Notes: generated by a model not told the origin, from the letters alone. Counted from the first letter of the stretch, positions 1 through 8,792 are shown. The stretch is 64,000 nucleotides of DNA from Alphaproteobacteria bacterium (GCA_020049775.1 JAGVLO010000006.1:2666-66665), one strand, 5' to 3'. A program made the numbers and translations.

Positions 1-2
1 AT

Positions 3-1715
3 ATCGCCCACGCACCGCAAATTATGTGGTTTTTGGGAGCGGGCGTGTCACGTTCTGCAGGCATGCCAACAGCTGCCGATATTACCTGGGATTTGAAGAA
101 GGCATACTATTGCCGCCAGGAAAATCAGGATATCCAGAAGCACGATATCAATAAGGATGCGATTAAAGAAAAAATCCAAAATTACATGAATGGCAAAGGA
201 TTTCCGGCATTATGGAGTCCTGAAGAGTATTCGTTTTATTTCAAGCTGACTTTTAATGAAGACTATGCCGCGCAGCAAGCTTACCTGCAGGATCAGCTTA
301 ACCCGCAAAGAATATCGCTGAGCGTTGGTCATAGAGCGCTAGCTGCACTTATCGAGGTGGGTAAGGTAAAAGTTATTTTTACCACCAACTTCGATAATGT
401 AGCGGAGACGGCTTATTCCCATGTTACGGGCAAACCGCTTAATTGCTTCCACCTAGAAGGATCGTATGCGGCGCTGCAGGCATTAAACAGCGAGCAATTT
501 CCCATCTACGCAAAACTGCATGGAGATTTCCGCTACAAAAGCCTCAAGAACCTTGAGCAAGACCTTAAGAAAAATGATGAAGAGATACAGAAATGCTTTG
601 TAAACGCATGCAGCCGTTACGGCCTTATCGTCGCAGGCTATAGTGGCCGTGACCAGAATGTTATGGAAATGCTTAACGCAGCATTGGAGAACGGTAATCC
701 GTTCCCGCATGGATTATTCTGGGCAGTACCGCCGCATGGCAACCTAACAGCCAGTGTGCAGGCGCTCATAGATAAGGCAAAGGCAAAAGGCGTTAAAGCC
801 GATATCGTCGAAATTGACACGTTCGATTCTCTACTTTCAAGGATATGGCTGCAAACGCCCAACCGTCCTGCTCAACTGAACGGAAAGGTACAAACGGCAA
901 AATCCAAAACTGTTAATATCTCGCTGGCAGCGCCTGCTAGAAATTTTCCGCTGATCAAGACTAATGCTTTTGAAGTTACCGCCTGGCCAGTGAAGTGCAA
1001 GAAAATCCAATATGCCGAGAATATTTTACTCAGGGATATCCGCCATAAAGAATACGAGGAGCAGGCCGATGCCATTATCACCAAGACCAGCGATATTCTG
1101 GCATGGGGACTAGACAGCGAAATTCAGAAGATATTAGATGCCCAAAAAATTACCGCCATTTCGGAATATGATTTAAGCACAGAAGCGGCGCAGCTGGATC
1201 GTAATACAGTCCTCCAATCTTTTTATGAGCGCGCCATGGCCACTGCCTTATGCCAAGGAAAGCCGATAAGGCTAAGGCGAAACCATTCGGATTATTTTTT
1301 GATTGTGGATCATGCACAGCTTGCTTCTCCATTATTGCAGCCTTTAAAAAATGCTTTGGCATTAAATGGCGGATCACAGCAGCTGACCGGCCAGATTCAA
1401 TGGCTTGAAAATACCTTCTGGTCTGAGGCGGTGGAAATTAAACTGGAACAGAGAGGCGGCAGGCTTTGGATGCTTTTGCGGCCTGACATATGGATTAAGC
1501 CCAACATCCAAAGAAAAAATGCTGCTGCGTTTTTAAAAAGCATGAAAGAGCGCCGCTATAATCCCAAGGCCGATGCAATCCACGACGCATGGCTGCAGCT
1601 GCTGCTTGGATCGGATGCTAGGGGTACAGAGATAGTTGTACCTATACCCGATGGTAACGCGACTCCAGAGCGTTTTGTGATTAATAACTGCCCTGCCTTT
1701 AGCGGGAGGGCTTAA
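3..1715 (+). CDS. SIR2-APAZ protein, the NADase-type partner of a short pAgo. The 5' end runs off the window.
   Basis: The frame is open from nt 3 (IAHAPQIMWFLGAGVSRSAGMPT...). SIR2_2-type FLGAGxS and TTNFDN motifs and GYSGRD sit in the N-terminal ~270 aa. A ~300-aa C-terminal extension is APAZ-sized. The stop is 3 nt before the Piwi gene. Confidence 0.8.
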   Translation: MAHAPQIMWFLGAGVSRSAGMPTAADITWDLKKAYYCRQENQDIQKHDINKDAIKEKIQNYMNGKGFPALWSPEEYSFYFKLTFNEDYAAQQAYLQDQLNPQRISLSVGHRALAALIEVGKVKVIFTTNFDNVAETAYSHVTGKPLNCFHLEGSYAALQALNSEQFPIYAKLHGDFRYKSLKNLEQDLKKNDEEIQKCFVNACSRYGLIVAGYSGRDQNVMEMLNAALENGNPFPHGLFWAVPPHGNLTASVQALIDKAKAKGVKADIVEIDTFDSLLSRIWLQTPNRPAQLNGKVQTAKSKTVNISLAAPARNFPLIKTNAFEVTAWPVKCKKIQYAENILLRDIRHKEYEEQADAIITKTSDILAWGLDSEIQKILDAQKITAISEYDLSTEAAQLDRNTVLQSFYERAMATALCQGKPIRLRRNHSDYFLIVDHAQLASPLLQPLKNALALNGGSQQLTGQIQWLENTFWSEAVEIKLEQRGGRLWMLLRPDIWIKPNIQRKNAAAFLKSMKERRYNPKADAIHDAWLQLLLGSDARGTEIVVPIPDGNATPERFVINNCPAFSGRA

Positions 1716-1718
1716 GCC

Positions 1719-3134
1719 ATGGTGAAAGCAATACATCTCTCCGCACATGGCATTATACCCGAACCGGAACTATTTTTCGGGGGCATGAAAAAGGATACTC
1801 ACCCATTGCGCGGGTTGCGCAATCATGGCCCCTATAGCATGACACATGGATATCCTGCACAGGTCAGGATGGCCTGCATAGCCCCACAAGGAAAACTCAA
1901 TAAACTGACAGGACTTATTACCGAACTAAATGGGGTACATAAGCCAAGGGAAGCAACGAATTATTATATCGATTACCCAGGGTTCCAGGTTGCATACCGT
2001 ATTCAGCTTGCCCAAGCCGGTACCGGCCTCAATATCGAATTACCGGCCAATTGCAGCCAGATTGTGCAGCGGAAGGATGGAAGCGCGCTCGTACAGCAGC
2101 TTTATCACGCCATAAGCCAGTTATCGGCATCCCGCGCCTCTTTTGACGTATTGCTGCTATATCTTCCCGCTGAATGGGAAAGCTGTTTTGAATATCCTGG
2201 GTTCAATTTGCATGACAGCATAAAGGCAAGGCTGGCTGGCCTGCGTATACCCATTCAAATTATCACCGATACCGCTTTTACACGGCAATGCCGGGCTAAC
2301 GTCATGTGGGGAATAAGCGTCGCTATCTATGCCAAGGCTGGCGGCATTCCTTGGAAATTGGCGCAACTTGACAGAGATGAGGCCTATATAGGCATTAGCT
2401 ACGCGATTAAACAGGATGCAACTGGTGTGCAGTATAGCACCTGCTGCAGCCAGGTTTTTGATCCCGACGGCACAGGGTTTGAGTTTGTCGCTTATGACAC
2501 ACGCGACTACATCACCGAAAAAGGAAATCCGTATTTAAGCTACCAGGAAATGCAATCCGTCCTCTCCCGCAGCCTGATGATATATCAAAATGGACATGAT
2601 GGCAGGAAGCCAAAGAAAATCACCATTCACAAAACATCAGACTTTAAGGAGGATGAAATCCAAGGCGCATTTGACGCCTTCTCCGAAGACACAGAAATTG
2701 AGCTTGTACAAATTGTCCGGGGCACTTCATGGCATGGGATAAAAATTGACCCAGCAAGAATACTTGGCGGTAAAGCCAAGCCAGCAGGGTATCCCTTAGA
2801 TAGAGGGTGTTACCTGCCAGTGAGCGCCAATGAAGCGCTGTTATGGACACAGGGAAGCGTAAACGGTGTTAATCCGCAAAAGAATCAGCCAGTTTTCAAA
2901 GAAGCCGCGCTAAAACCAATGCCATCGCCCATCCTGATCCGCAGATTCTCCGGCAGTGGCGGCTGGTATGATACCTGCTCCAGCATATTGGGGCTAACGA
3001 AAGTGGATTGGAATAATAACACGCTGTACAAAACGCTCCCCGTAACGCTTGTTTATTCGCAGCGCTTCGCCAGCGTGGTCAAAAATTCTCCGGATATCGT
3101 AAACGATATCTATAACTACCGCTTCTTCATGTAA
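1719..3134 (+). CDS. Short prokaryotic Argonaute (MID-PIWI only, predicted catalytically inactive).
   Basis: 471 aa, too short for N/PAZ domains. PIWI signature ...[12 protein letters not shown]...[18 protein letters not shown]... is present. The strand that carries the first catalytic Asp in active Agos reads YIGISYA (Ser, not Asp). Tightly coupled to the upstream SIR2-APAZ gene. Confidence 0.8.
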   Translation: MVKAIHLSAHGIIPEPELFFGGMKKDTHPLRGLRNHGPYSMTHGYPAQVRMACIAPQGKLNKLTGLITELNGVHKPREATNYYIDYPGFQVAYRIQLAQAGTGLNIELPANCSQIVQRKDGSALVQQLYHAISQLSASRASFDVLLLYLPAEWESCFEYPGFNLHDSIKARLAGLRIPIQIITDTAFTRQCRANVMWGISVAIYAKAGGIPWKLAQLDRDEAYIGISYAIKQDATGVQYSTCCSQVFDPDGTGFEFVAYDTRDYITEKGNPYLSYQEMQSVLSRSLMIYQNGHDGRKPKKITIHKTSDFKEDEIQGAFDAFSEDTEIELVQIVRGTSWHGIKIDPARILGGKAKPAGYPLDRGCYLPVSANEALLWTQGSVNGVNPQKNQPVFKEAALKPMPSPILIRRFSGSGGWYDTCSSILGLTKVDWNNNTLYKTLPVTLVYSQRFASVVKNSPDIVNDIYNYRFFM

Positions 3135-3258
3135 AATGGCCAAACCGAAACGAAATGCCCTATTGCGTTTGTGGCTAGAATTGCGCCGGGCCTTCGCCGC
3201 CCGCATAGCGTGAGCGGGGGAAGAACCTAAAAATGGCTGGATATGGCCATTACTAGCA

Positions 3259-3272
3259 CTGACAAAACTGAC
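3259..3272. repeat. Copy 1 of the 14-mer CTGACAAAACTGAC, immediately downstream of the primase stop.
   Basis: Exact match to 4869..4882 and the exact reverse complement of 4897..4910. A nearby TGTCAGT (about 3294-3300) forms a further inverted pair with ACTGACA. Confidence 0.8.
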
Positions 3273-3276
3273 AGAG

Positions 3277-5805
3277 CTACGTTTTGGCAGTATTGTCAGT
3301 GCCGGGCTGGCGGGTGTTGGCCTTTTCATGTGCCTGGCCCTTTAGTTTTGGATTGATGAGATAGGTAGTGGTATTCCTGCCGCCTTTTGTTGCGGCGTGC
3401 CGTTGACGCTCTGCAAGCCAGCCTAAGCGTACCAACTCGTCGCAGGCAGCTTCGGCAAGTTCCTGTTCGTTTAGGCCCTGCCAGCCTTTTCGGTATAGCG
3501 CCCGGATGGTAAAATTATCCTCCAACTCGCCTTTGCCGATCTTTTGCGCTAGCGCGGCAGCGGCTTGGTGCGTCATGTCGGTGGCCATATGATAGATGCG
3601 CTTGGCGTGTTGCTCCAGGTAATCGCACCAGGCGATGGCAAGCGCGGTGGCTTCGCTGGATACAGGCCCGCTGCCTGTATCGTCGGCAATGCGGATGATA
3701 TGGAAGATTAGCGCCAGCGCGGGCATCAGTTTACGGTACTTGGTAAGATGCTCCAGCAATAGACCGTCCTCCGCACCGCGCAGCTTTTCGATTTCTAGGC
3801 GGATCAGCCATTCGTAGAATAATTCCTGGGCGTCGTCGGCGAAACGGTAGAAAGGCGGGCGCTTATCGTCGGCAACGGTTGCGCCATGCTCAAGGAAATT
3901 AAGGGCGGCCAGCGCATTAAAAATAGCATCGACGCGATCCTTGGCGAACATATTACCTTTTCTATCCACCAGCTGCCAGTGCTTGCGTTCGTCTGGCATA
4001 ACCAATAATTGGAAGCGCTGGATCAGCCCGTCATTGCCGATTTCTTTCATTCCCTGATGCAGATAGGTGCTGAGCCTGCCGGGTTGCGTGCTGCCCAGGA
4101 TGGAGAGGCAAACATTCTCGGTAAAGATGGTGCCGCGCCCGATGCGGTCGGTGATATGGCTGCCAAAGCCATTCCATGATTCCAGGAAGAATGCGCGGTC
4201 ACCGGCATGGCCTTCTTTCTCCCAGGCTTTGAGCAAGCCAATCAGCTCGTCGCGGAATACCAGCATGCCGTGCGGGTTGACGGACAGCAGGTCGCTTAAC
4301 TTTTCCACCGTTGCGTCATTAGTATGGTAGCGCTTCCATTTCGGCTCTTTGGGAAATTCCAGACTGCTGTATTCCCTCTGCAATTCCTCTAGGGATTTTG
4401 CACCGTTCTTCCCCTTGGCATGATCGGCGATTTCCTTGAGGACTTGCTCCTCCTTTGCCTTGGCGACATGTGCTTCCAGCTTAAATTCCTGCTGCGCTTT
4501 CTCGTAAGCTTCCTTGCTTTCCATTTCCAGCTTGCGGATAGGGCGTAGCGTTTCGGAAAGCACTGGCGATTTTAAGGTGCTGGGCCTGCCGATAATTGCA
4601 CCCCACAGGTTGGGAACGATAAACCAGTTATTGTCCTGGCGCTTTGGGCGGATAGAGCAGCGCGCGCCGATCAGCCCGCCGATGGTGACGATGCTGCTGG
4701 CCACCACGTAATCGATGGGGCATTGCATGCGCTCGGATACATCCACTGCCCATGCGCGCAGTGGCTCCGGTATCATTGCCGGGTCGAGTGGCGGTACTGG
4801 CAGTAATTCCTGTTTCACCGGCTGCGGATCAGGCCAGGCATTTTTATCGGATAGGCCCGGTTCACCAACTGACAAAACTGACGAAACCATAGTTGTGTCA
4901 GTTTTGTCAGTGCGTGGATTGGCCTTGCCTGAGTTTATGCCACTATCAATCGTTCGCTTCGTTTCGTTTTGATCCAGCCCCAGCGCGAAGGCGACCGCCT
5001 CCAGCTTGCTGCGCACTTCCTGCTCATCCAACCCCTGGGCGACCAGCTGGCCGAGGGCAAAGGCCGATTTATTCAGCTGGTCATTGCGTGAGCCGTTGGC
5101 AGCTTGCATCAGCGTAGCAAGTTCGTCTTGCAGCGCCGCACGCAGGTACGCTTCGCCTTTTCCTTGTGATGCAGCATCGCCAAAATCCAGCGCAGCTGGC
5201 TTAGGCTTACTGACCAGAGCAAGAAGCCAGGACGGTGCATCAGCAATTACCTGATCCCATGGCGATAGCTGCCAGGCATACGCATGATGCGGCGGATCGG
5301 GATGGATAGAAGGTGGCACGACCACGTAGCCGCCATTACCGCGCACATCGATGTCCGGCATTGGCGTGCCATCCACTGCTTTCTTGCTGAGATTGCGTAT
5401 CTCGGCATCGGCAGGATAACGGAAATAGAGATGCCTGCCCTTGGTCGTTTGCACGCATACGGTTTCAGGCAGTGGCCCATATTGCAATTCGTATTCCTGT
5501 AGAAAAGCCTCTCCAGCTGGTCCATCAATATCCAGCACGAAAATGCCGGATATGGTGCCGGTGACAATGCCGACATTATAATTACCCGCATCCCACACTG
5601 TACGGTCTTCCTCAGAGGGGCGCTTCCCCTGATATTCTAACCAACTTGCCAGCGCGGGATGTTTGCTTTGCGGTCTCAATGGTATCGGGCACCAGCCCAG
5701 CGCATGGTAGGCGGTGAACTTACCATGCGTTAGTGCCTCCGGGGTGCTATATGACCATGATGGCAGGCACGCCTGCACAGATTGCAAGTCGCTCATGCGC
5801 TCCAC
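3277..5805 (-). CDS. Bifunctional primase/polymerase (Prim-Pol N-terminal domain) fused to a DUF3987/D5-like helicase-type C-terminal domain. Island replication protein.
   Basis: N-terminus GWCPIPLRPQSKHP...NVGIVTGTISGIFVLDIDGP...GRHLYFRY...DVRGNGGYVVVPPS is typical of Prim-Pol. A long C-terminal half has a P-loop-like GRPSTLKS. GTG start. Confidence 0.75.
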   Translation of the reverse strand: MERMSDLQSVQACLPSWSYSTPEALTHGKFTAYHALGWCPIPLRPQSKHPALASWLEYQGKRPSEEDRTVWDAGNYNVGIVTGTISGIFVLDIDGPAGEAFLQEYELQYGPLPETVCVQTTKGRHLYFRYPADAEIRNLSKKAVDGTPMPDIDVRGNGGYVVVPPSIHPDPPHHAYAWQLSPWDQVIADAPSWLLALVSKPKPAALDFGDAASQGKGEAYLRAALQDELATLMQAANGSRNDQLNKSAFALGQLVAQGLDEQEVRSKLEAVAFALGLDQNETKRTIDSGINSGKANPRTDKTDTTMVSSVLSVGEPGLSDKNAWPDPQPVKQELLPVPPLDPAMIPEPLRAWAVDVSERMQCPIDYVVASSIVTIGGLIGARCSIRPKRQDNNWFIVPNLWGAIIGRPSTLKSPVLSETLRPIRKLEMESKEAYEKAQQEFKLEAHVAKAKEEQVLKEIADHAKGKNGAKSLEELQREYSSLEFPKEPKWKRYHTNDATVEKLSDLLSVNPHGMLVFRDELIGLLKAWEKEGHAGDRAFFLESWNGFGSHITDRIGRGTIFTENVCLSILGSTQPGRLSTYLHQGMKEIGNDGLIQRFQLLVMPDERKHWQLVDRKGNMFAKDRVDAIFNALAALNFLEHGATVADDKRPPFYRFADDAQELFYEWLIRLEIEKLRGAEDGLLLEHLTKYRKLMPALALIFHIIRIADDTGSGPVSSEATALAIAWCDYLEQHAKRIYHMATDMTHQAAAALAQKIGKGELEDNFTIRALYRKGWQGLNEQELAEAACDELVRLGWLAERQRHAATKGGRNTTTYLINPKLKGQAHEKANTRQPGTDNTAKT
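4869..4910. repeat. Perfect 14-bp inverted repeat CTGACAAAACTGAC-N14-GTCAGTTTTGTCAG inside the primase ORF, in the linker between the Prim-Pol and helicase-like parts.
   Basis: Read directly: arms at 4869..4882 and 4897..4910, 14-nt spacer. Same 14-mer as 3259..3272. Confidence 0.85.
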
Positions 5806-6110
5806 CTCATGGTTTCAATAATACGGAGAGCTGCTTTTTGCTGGGATAGGTCAAATAAATAAGAACATAAGCTGACCATATTTTCCCCCGCATCTTCTGT
5901 GTCGATATCGTGCCAGCGGCCTGTGTTTAGATTCACACAAAGGGAAGGATACGGGGATTTAATCGGTTTTTTGGGATTAAAGGCGCTATAGGTTCCTGAG
6001 GATACGCTTCCATCTGGCAGCCATGCCGCCACTAAAAGATGTACAGTCGGTGGCTCACAAATATAACGATTGAGTATTTCATGACGAATAAAATGCAAGT
6101 TGCTATCCAT
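5793..6110 (-). CDS. Hypothetical protein (island backbone).
   Basis: ORF with ATG at 6110 preceded by GGAGG. Its start overlaps the upstream gene's stop, and its stop overlaps the primase start by 13 nt (translational coupling). No family recognised. Confidence 0.45.
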   Translation of the reverse strand: MDSNLHFIRHEILNRYICEPPTVHLLVAAWLPDGSVSSGTYSAFNPKKPIKSPYPSLCVNLNTGRWHDIDTEDAGENMVSLCSYLFDLSQQKAALRIIETMRWSA

Positions 6111-6312
6111 TTTGCGCCTCCATCCAAGCAAAGAAGGCAGCTTCATCAATCAGCACGCGGCGGCCACAGCGGCGGATGACTTTCTTAAAGCCGTTCTTTT
6201 CGGCATGAAATATGAGATGACGCAGTCCGCCAATCGGCGGCCATTGATGATACTCGTTCCATTGGGTTACGGGAATCAGCCGTGTCTTGGGATGCTCGGT
6301 ATTGGGTTCCAT
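6103..6312 (-). CDS. Excisionase/AlpA-like helix-turn-helix DNA-binding protein.
   Basis: ~69 aa. ...IPVTQWNEYHQWPPIGGLRHLIFHAEKNGFKKVIRRCGRRVLIDEAAFFAWMEAQ resembles excisionase-family HTH proteins. AGGAG lies 7 nt before the ATG at 6312. Located between int and the primase. Confidence 0.55.
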   Translation of the reverse strand: MEPNTEHPKTRLIPVTQWNEYHQWPPIGGLRHLIFHAEKNGFKKVIRRCGRRVLIDEAAFFAWMEAQNG

Positions 6313-6409
6313 AGGTAGCTCCTGTTGTATAATGCGCAGCAATATCGCTGCGTACCGAGCAACCTATGGATGGATGGCGATGAAAAATATGCGCTACACG
6401 CAGCGCATG

Positions 6410-6832
6410 TCAGGAGTGCAAATTATTATTCTTATCTTTAATCCGCTTAGATGGTCTGCCGCGCTTATTTTCTTTTGGACGCGGATCGACTTCGGCAATC
6501 CAATCATAAACCGTGCGTTCCCCGCCATAACGGTTAGCACCGGTAATATCCTGATCACAAATATCAGGATGCGCACAAAGTTCCGTAATGGTGTAGCTAG
6601 GATTCTGTTTCCATAACAGCTTTGCAATTGCCTGGCATTTCGCTTTGGTAAATTGCTCTGCGCGCGGTGTATGTTCCTTCTTTTGCGAAGTGGACGTAGA
6701 TTGCTCTAAGGCCTTTTCGATCTTCGATATGCGGCTGGTAATCTCCAGATACTGCATATATTCCGGGTCATTTTTCGGATCGAGAGCTTTAAATGTTTTC
6801 CTGAGTATCTTTTGGAGCCTTGGGTCTGTCAT
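6410..6832 (-). CDS. Hypothetical protein (island backbone), basic C-terminus.
   Basis: ORF immediately downstream of int (int stop 6837, ATG 6832). No family recognised. Confidence 0.4.
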   Translation of the reverse strand: MTDPRLQKILRKTFKALDPKNDPEYMQYLEITSRISKIEKALEQSTSTSQKKEHTPRAEQFTKAKCQAIAKLLWKQNPSYTITELCAHPDICDQDITGANRYGGERTVYDWIAEVDPRPKENKRGRPSKRIKDKNNNLHS

Positions 6833-6836
6833 AGCC

Positions 6837-7898
6837 CTACCCAAATATCTTCTGGTTCATGCTTTCCACCACCTTTGCCGTGTGTGCTTCGGAGAGATGG
6901 CTATAGCGCTTCACCATGGCCAGGGTTTTGTGGCCAAGCACTTCGGCAATCTCGGCCAACGATGCGCCGTTCATAGCCAGGTAGCTGGCAGCGCTGTGGC
7001 GTAGATCATGGAAACGGAAATCCTCGATCTTTGCTTTCTTCAATGCATCCAGCCACGTTGCGCGGCTTGACCATATCTCGCGCGGGTTGCGCGATGCGGG
7101 GAATACCAGATCGGTCGCAGTGTCACGCGCTTTATGCCATGCCTGGATTAATTCCAGCGCATGGTGCGCCAGCGGCAGCACGCGGCGTTCCTTGTTCTTG
7201 GTATCATGCAGCACGATGACTTTGCGCTTAAAATCGACATTGGGCCAGCGCAGGCTGATAAGCTCGCCGTGGCGCGCGCCGGTGGAAAGCGCCAGCACCA
7301 CCAGCAGGTAGAGTTTTTTGTCATCCATTGTCTGGCAAGCCTCCAGTAACCGCTTGCGCTCATCATCGTCCAGAAAGCGCACCCGCCCGCGCGGCTCCGG
7401 CAGCTTGGAGATTTTCTTCATGGGATGATCCTGCAGCCATTCCCATTCATTGATGGCGATGGTGAAAGCATGGCTGAGCGCGTTCATATAGCGGTTGATA
7501 GTGGCAGGCGCGCGCTTTTCCACGTTGCGGCCTTCGCTATTCAACAGCTTGTCGCGATGCTCGACAATCATTGCCTTGGTGACTTCGGATAGCAGATACG
7601 GGCCGATTTGCTCCTTCCACCAGCCCAAATACTGCTCCAACCAAATATGCCGCTTGGGATTGCGTCGCTTCACATATTCCAGGTAGCGCTCGATCAGTTC
7701 CTTGACCGTGTGCTTCTTAGCCTCTGCTGATCTAAAATATTTGCCTTCCTTGATGGCGATTTCGGTTTGCTTGCCCCATTCCTTGGCGTCGGTCTTGCGC
7801 TCGAAGGTGGCGGATTGCGTGGGGAAACCCTTGATGCGCACCTTGACGCGGTAAGTAACGCTGCCATTTTCCGTGATGCGCGTCTCGATAGTCGCCAT
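6837..7898 (-). CDS. int: Tyrosine recombinase / phage-type integrase.
   Basis: C-terminal catalytic region ...TGARHGELISLRW...HDLRHSAASYLAMNGASLAEIAEVLGHKTLAMVKRYSHL (R..HxxR..Y). ATG at 7898 with GGAGGA SD; the longer 7958 start has none. Adjacent to tRNA-Ser. Confidence 0.9.
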   Translation of the reverse strand: MATIETRITENGSVTYRVKVRIKGFPTQSATFERKTDAKEWGKQTEIAIKEGKYFRSAEAKKHTVKELIERYLEYVKRRNPKRHIWLEQYLGWWKEQIGPYLLSEVTKAMIVEHRDKLLNSEGRNVEKRAPATINRYMNALSHAFTIAINEWEWLQDHPMKKISKLPEPRGRVRFLDDDERKRLLEACQTMDDKKLYLLVVLALSTGARHGELISLRWPNVDFKRKVIVLHDTKNKERRVLPLAHHALELIQAWHKARDTATDLVFPASRNPREIWSSRATWLDALKKAKIEDFRFHDLRHSAASYLAMNGASLAEIAEVLGHKTLAMVKRYSHLSEAHTAKVVESMNQKIFG

Positions 7899-8013
7899 GC
7901 TACAGTCCTCCCCAAAAGCCCAAAACACGCTACTCCTCGACACCGCAAATGACAACATTAGTGTAACAAACTTGCGACATTATCAGTTAAGCGATTGATT
8001 TTATAATGATCCA

Positions 8014-8147
8014 CAGTGTCCCACAGAAATTTTGGGACAGTTCAGGGACAATCCCTTCGTAATCGAGCGTAGCAGCGCGTAGTAGAGCGTGCCGCAGCGT
8101 AGAAGAAGGTCAGTTTTTTATTCCAACTGTCCCGCCAGTGTCCCACG
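8014..8147. promoter_or_regulatory. Repeat-rich att-proximal region between int and tRNA-Ser; candidate recombinase/accessory-protein binding sites.
   Basis: CAGTGTCCCAC occurs twice (8014..8024, 8136..8146). The TGTCCC/GGGACA unit occurs 5 times, including the inverted pair TGTCCCA-N9-TGGGACA (8018..8040). Four 10-bp-phased blocks each ending in GCGT lie at 8061..8100. Confidence 0.5.
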
Positions 8148-8171
8148 GAGCTGTTCTTAACCTTCAAAGTT

Positions 8172-8261
8172 TGGCGGAGGGGGTGGGATTTGAACCCACG
8201 AGAACCTTGCGATTCTGCCGGTTTTCAAGACCGGTTCCTTAAACCACTCGGACACCCCTCC
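8172..8261 (-). tRNA. tRNA-Ser (anticodon UGA), CCA encoded.
   Basis: RC reads GGAGGGGTGTCCGAGTGGTTTAAGGAACCGGTCTTGAAAACCGGCAGAATCGCAAGGTTCTCGTGGGTTCAAATCCCACCCCCTCCGCCA. It has a 7-bp acceptor stem, anticodon loop CUUGAAA, a long variable arm and a GGTTCAAATCC T-loop. Confidence 0.9.
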
Positions 8262-8279
8262 ATAGACGTTTCACTAGCT

Positions 8280-8317
8280 TTCAAGACTGCTGCCTTAAAC
8301 CACTCGGCCACACTTCC
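8280..8317 (-). pseudogene. Relic of the 5' half of a tRNA-Ser(UGA)-like gene (acceptor 5' strand, D-arm, anticodon loop; no 3' half).
   Basis: 32 of 38 nt are identical to the corresponding part of the intact tRNA-Ser 19 nt away (ttcaagac..ccttaaaccactcgg.cac..tcc). No T-arm or acceptor 3' strand follows. Confidence 0.6.
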
Positions 8318-8441
8318 ACACTACGTCCACCGCATCACTGCGAGTGGTTTATTCATTCTGCCTGTCCTTGCGGGCAGCCTACACTCGGCCATTTGAACAA
8401 TAATTTGGTGGGTAACATAGCGAGTTTAACAGATTTCTCAA

Positions 8442-8792
8442 CTACCAATCTTTAAAAATCACATAAACCGCAAGGCAAATCAGGCCAAACCCCAGCAAAT
8501 GATTCCATTTCAGGCTTTCGCCGAGATAGAATACGGAAAATACCATGAATACCAGCAAGGTGAGTACTTCCTGAATGGTTTTTAGTTCCACGGCAGAAAA
8601 ATAGCCATGTCCATAGCGGTTGGCAGGCACTTGCAGGCAATATTCGAAAAAAGCGATTCCCCAGCTTATGAGGATTACTATAAACAAAGGCTTGTCTTTA
8701 AACTTGAGGTGTCCATACCATGCAAAAGTCATAAAAATATTTGAAAGCGTTAATAAGCCAATGGTCACAAATGATGTGAAATGCGGTAGCAT
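8442..8792 (-). CDS. Small DMT-superfamily membrane protein (DUF486-like).
   Basis: 116 aa, 4 predicted TM helices. The MLPH..IGLL..SNIFMTFAWYGHLKF start is typical of DUF486 proteins. Confidence 0.6.
   Translation of the reverse strand: MLPHFTSFVTIGLLTLSNIFMTFAWYGHLKFKDKPLFIVILISWGIAFFEYCLQVPANRYGHGYFSAVELKTIQEVLTLLVFMVFSVFYLGESLKWNHLLGFGLICLAVYVIFKDW

Larger units (their letters stand above)
1..8261. mobile_element. Integrative genomic island (P4-like/satellite-like backbone: int, xis-like, Prim-Pol primase) inserted at the 3' end of tRNA-Ser(UGA). Left boundary lies outside the window or is undetermined.
   Basis: The integrase gene starts ~270 nt from the 3' end of an intact tRNA-Ser. 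All backbone genes are co-oriented, and the defence cargo is convergent with the primase. No second copy of the tRNA 3' end was found inside the window. Confidence 0.6.

Noticed and set aside
3134-3277. The intergenic region between pAgo and the primase as a possible island boundary or att site.
   Set aside because: No copy of the tRNA-Ser 3' end (the expected att core) is present here or anywhere else in the window. Composition does not change across it. The boundary cannot be placed from this window.
3635-5591. Numerous 60-115-aa ORFs on both strands inside the primase gene, with similar antisense ORFs inside dcp, purT, thrC, the M32 peptidase, the CPA2 antiporter and others.
   Set aside because: They are nested within, or antisense to, long ORFs that have clear family signatures. 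They have no SDs and biased nonsense-like composition.
8190-8396. A 68-aa ORF overlapping tRNA-Ser, and an 81-aa ORF (20679..20924) overlapping tRNA-Met.
   Set aside because: Both are read straight through well-formed tRNA genes and lack SD sequences, so they are spurious.
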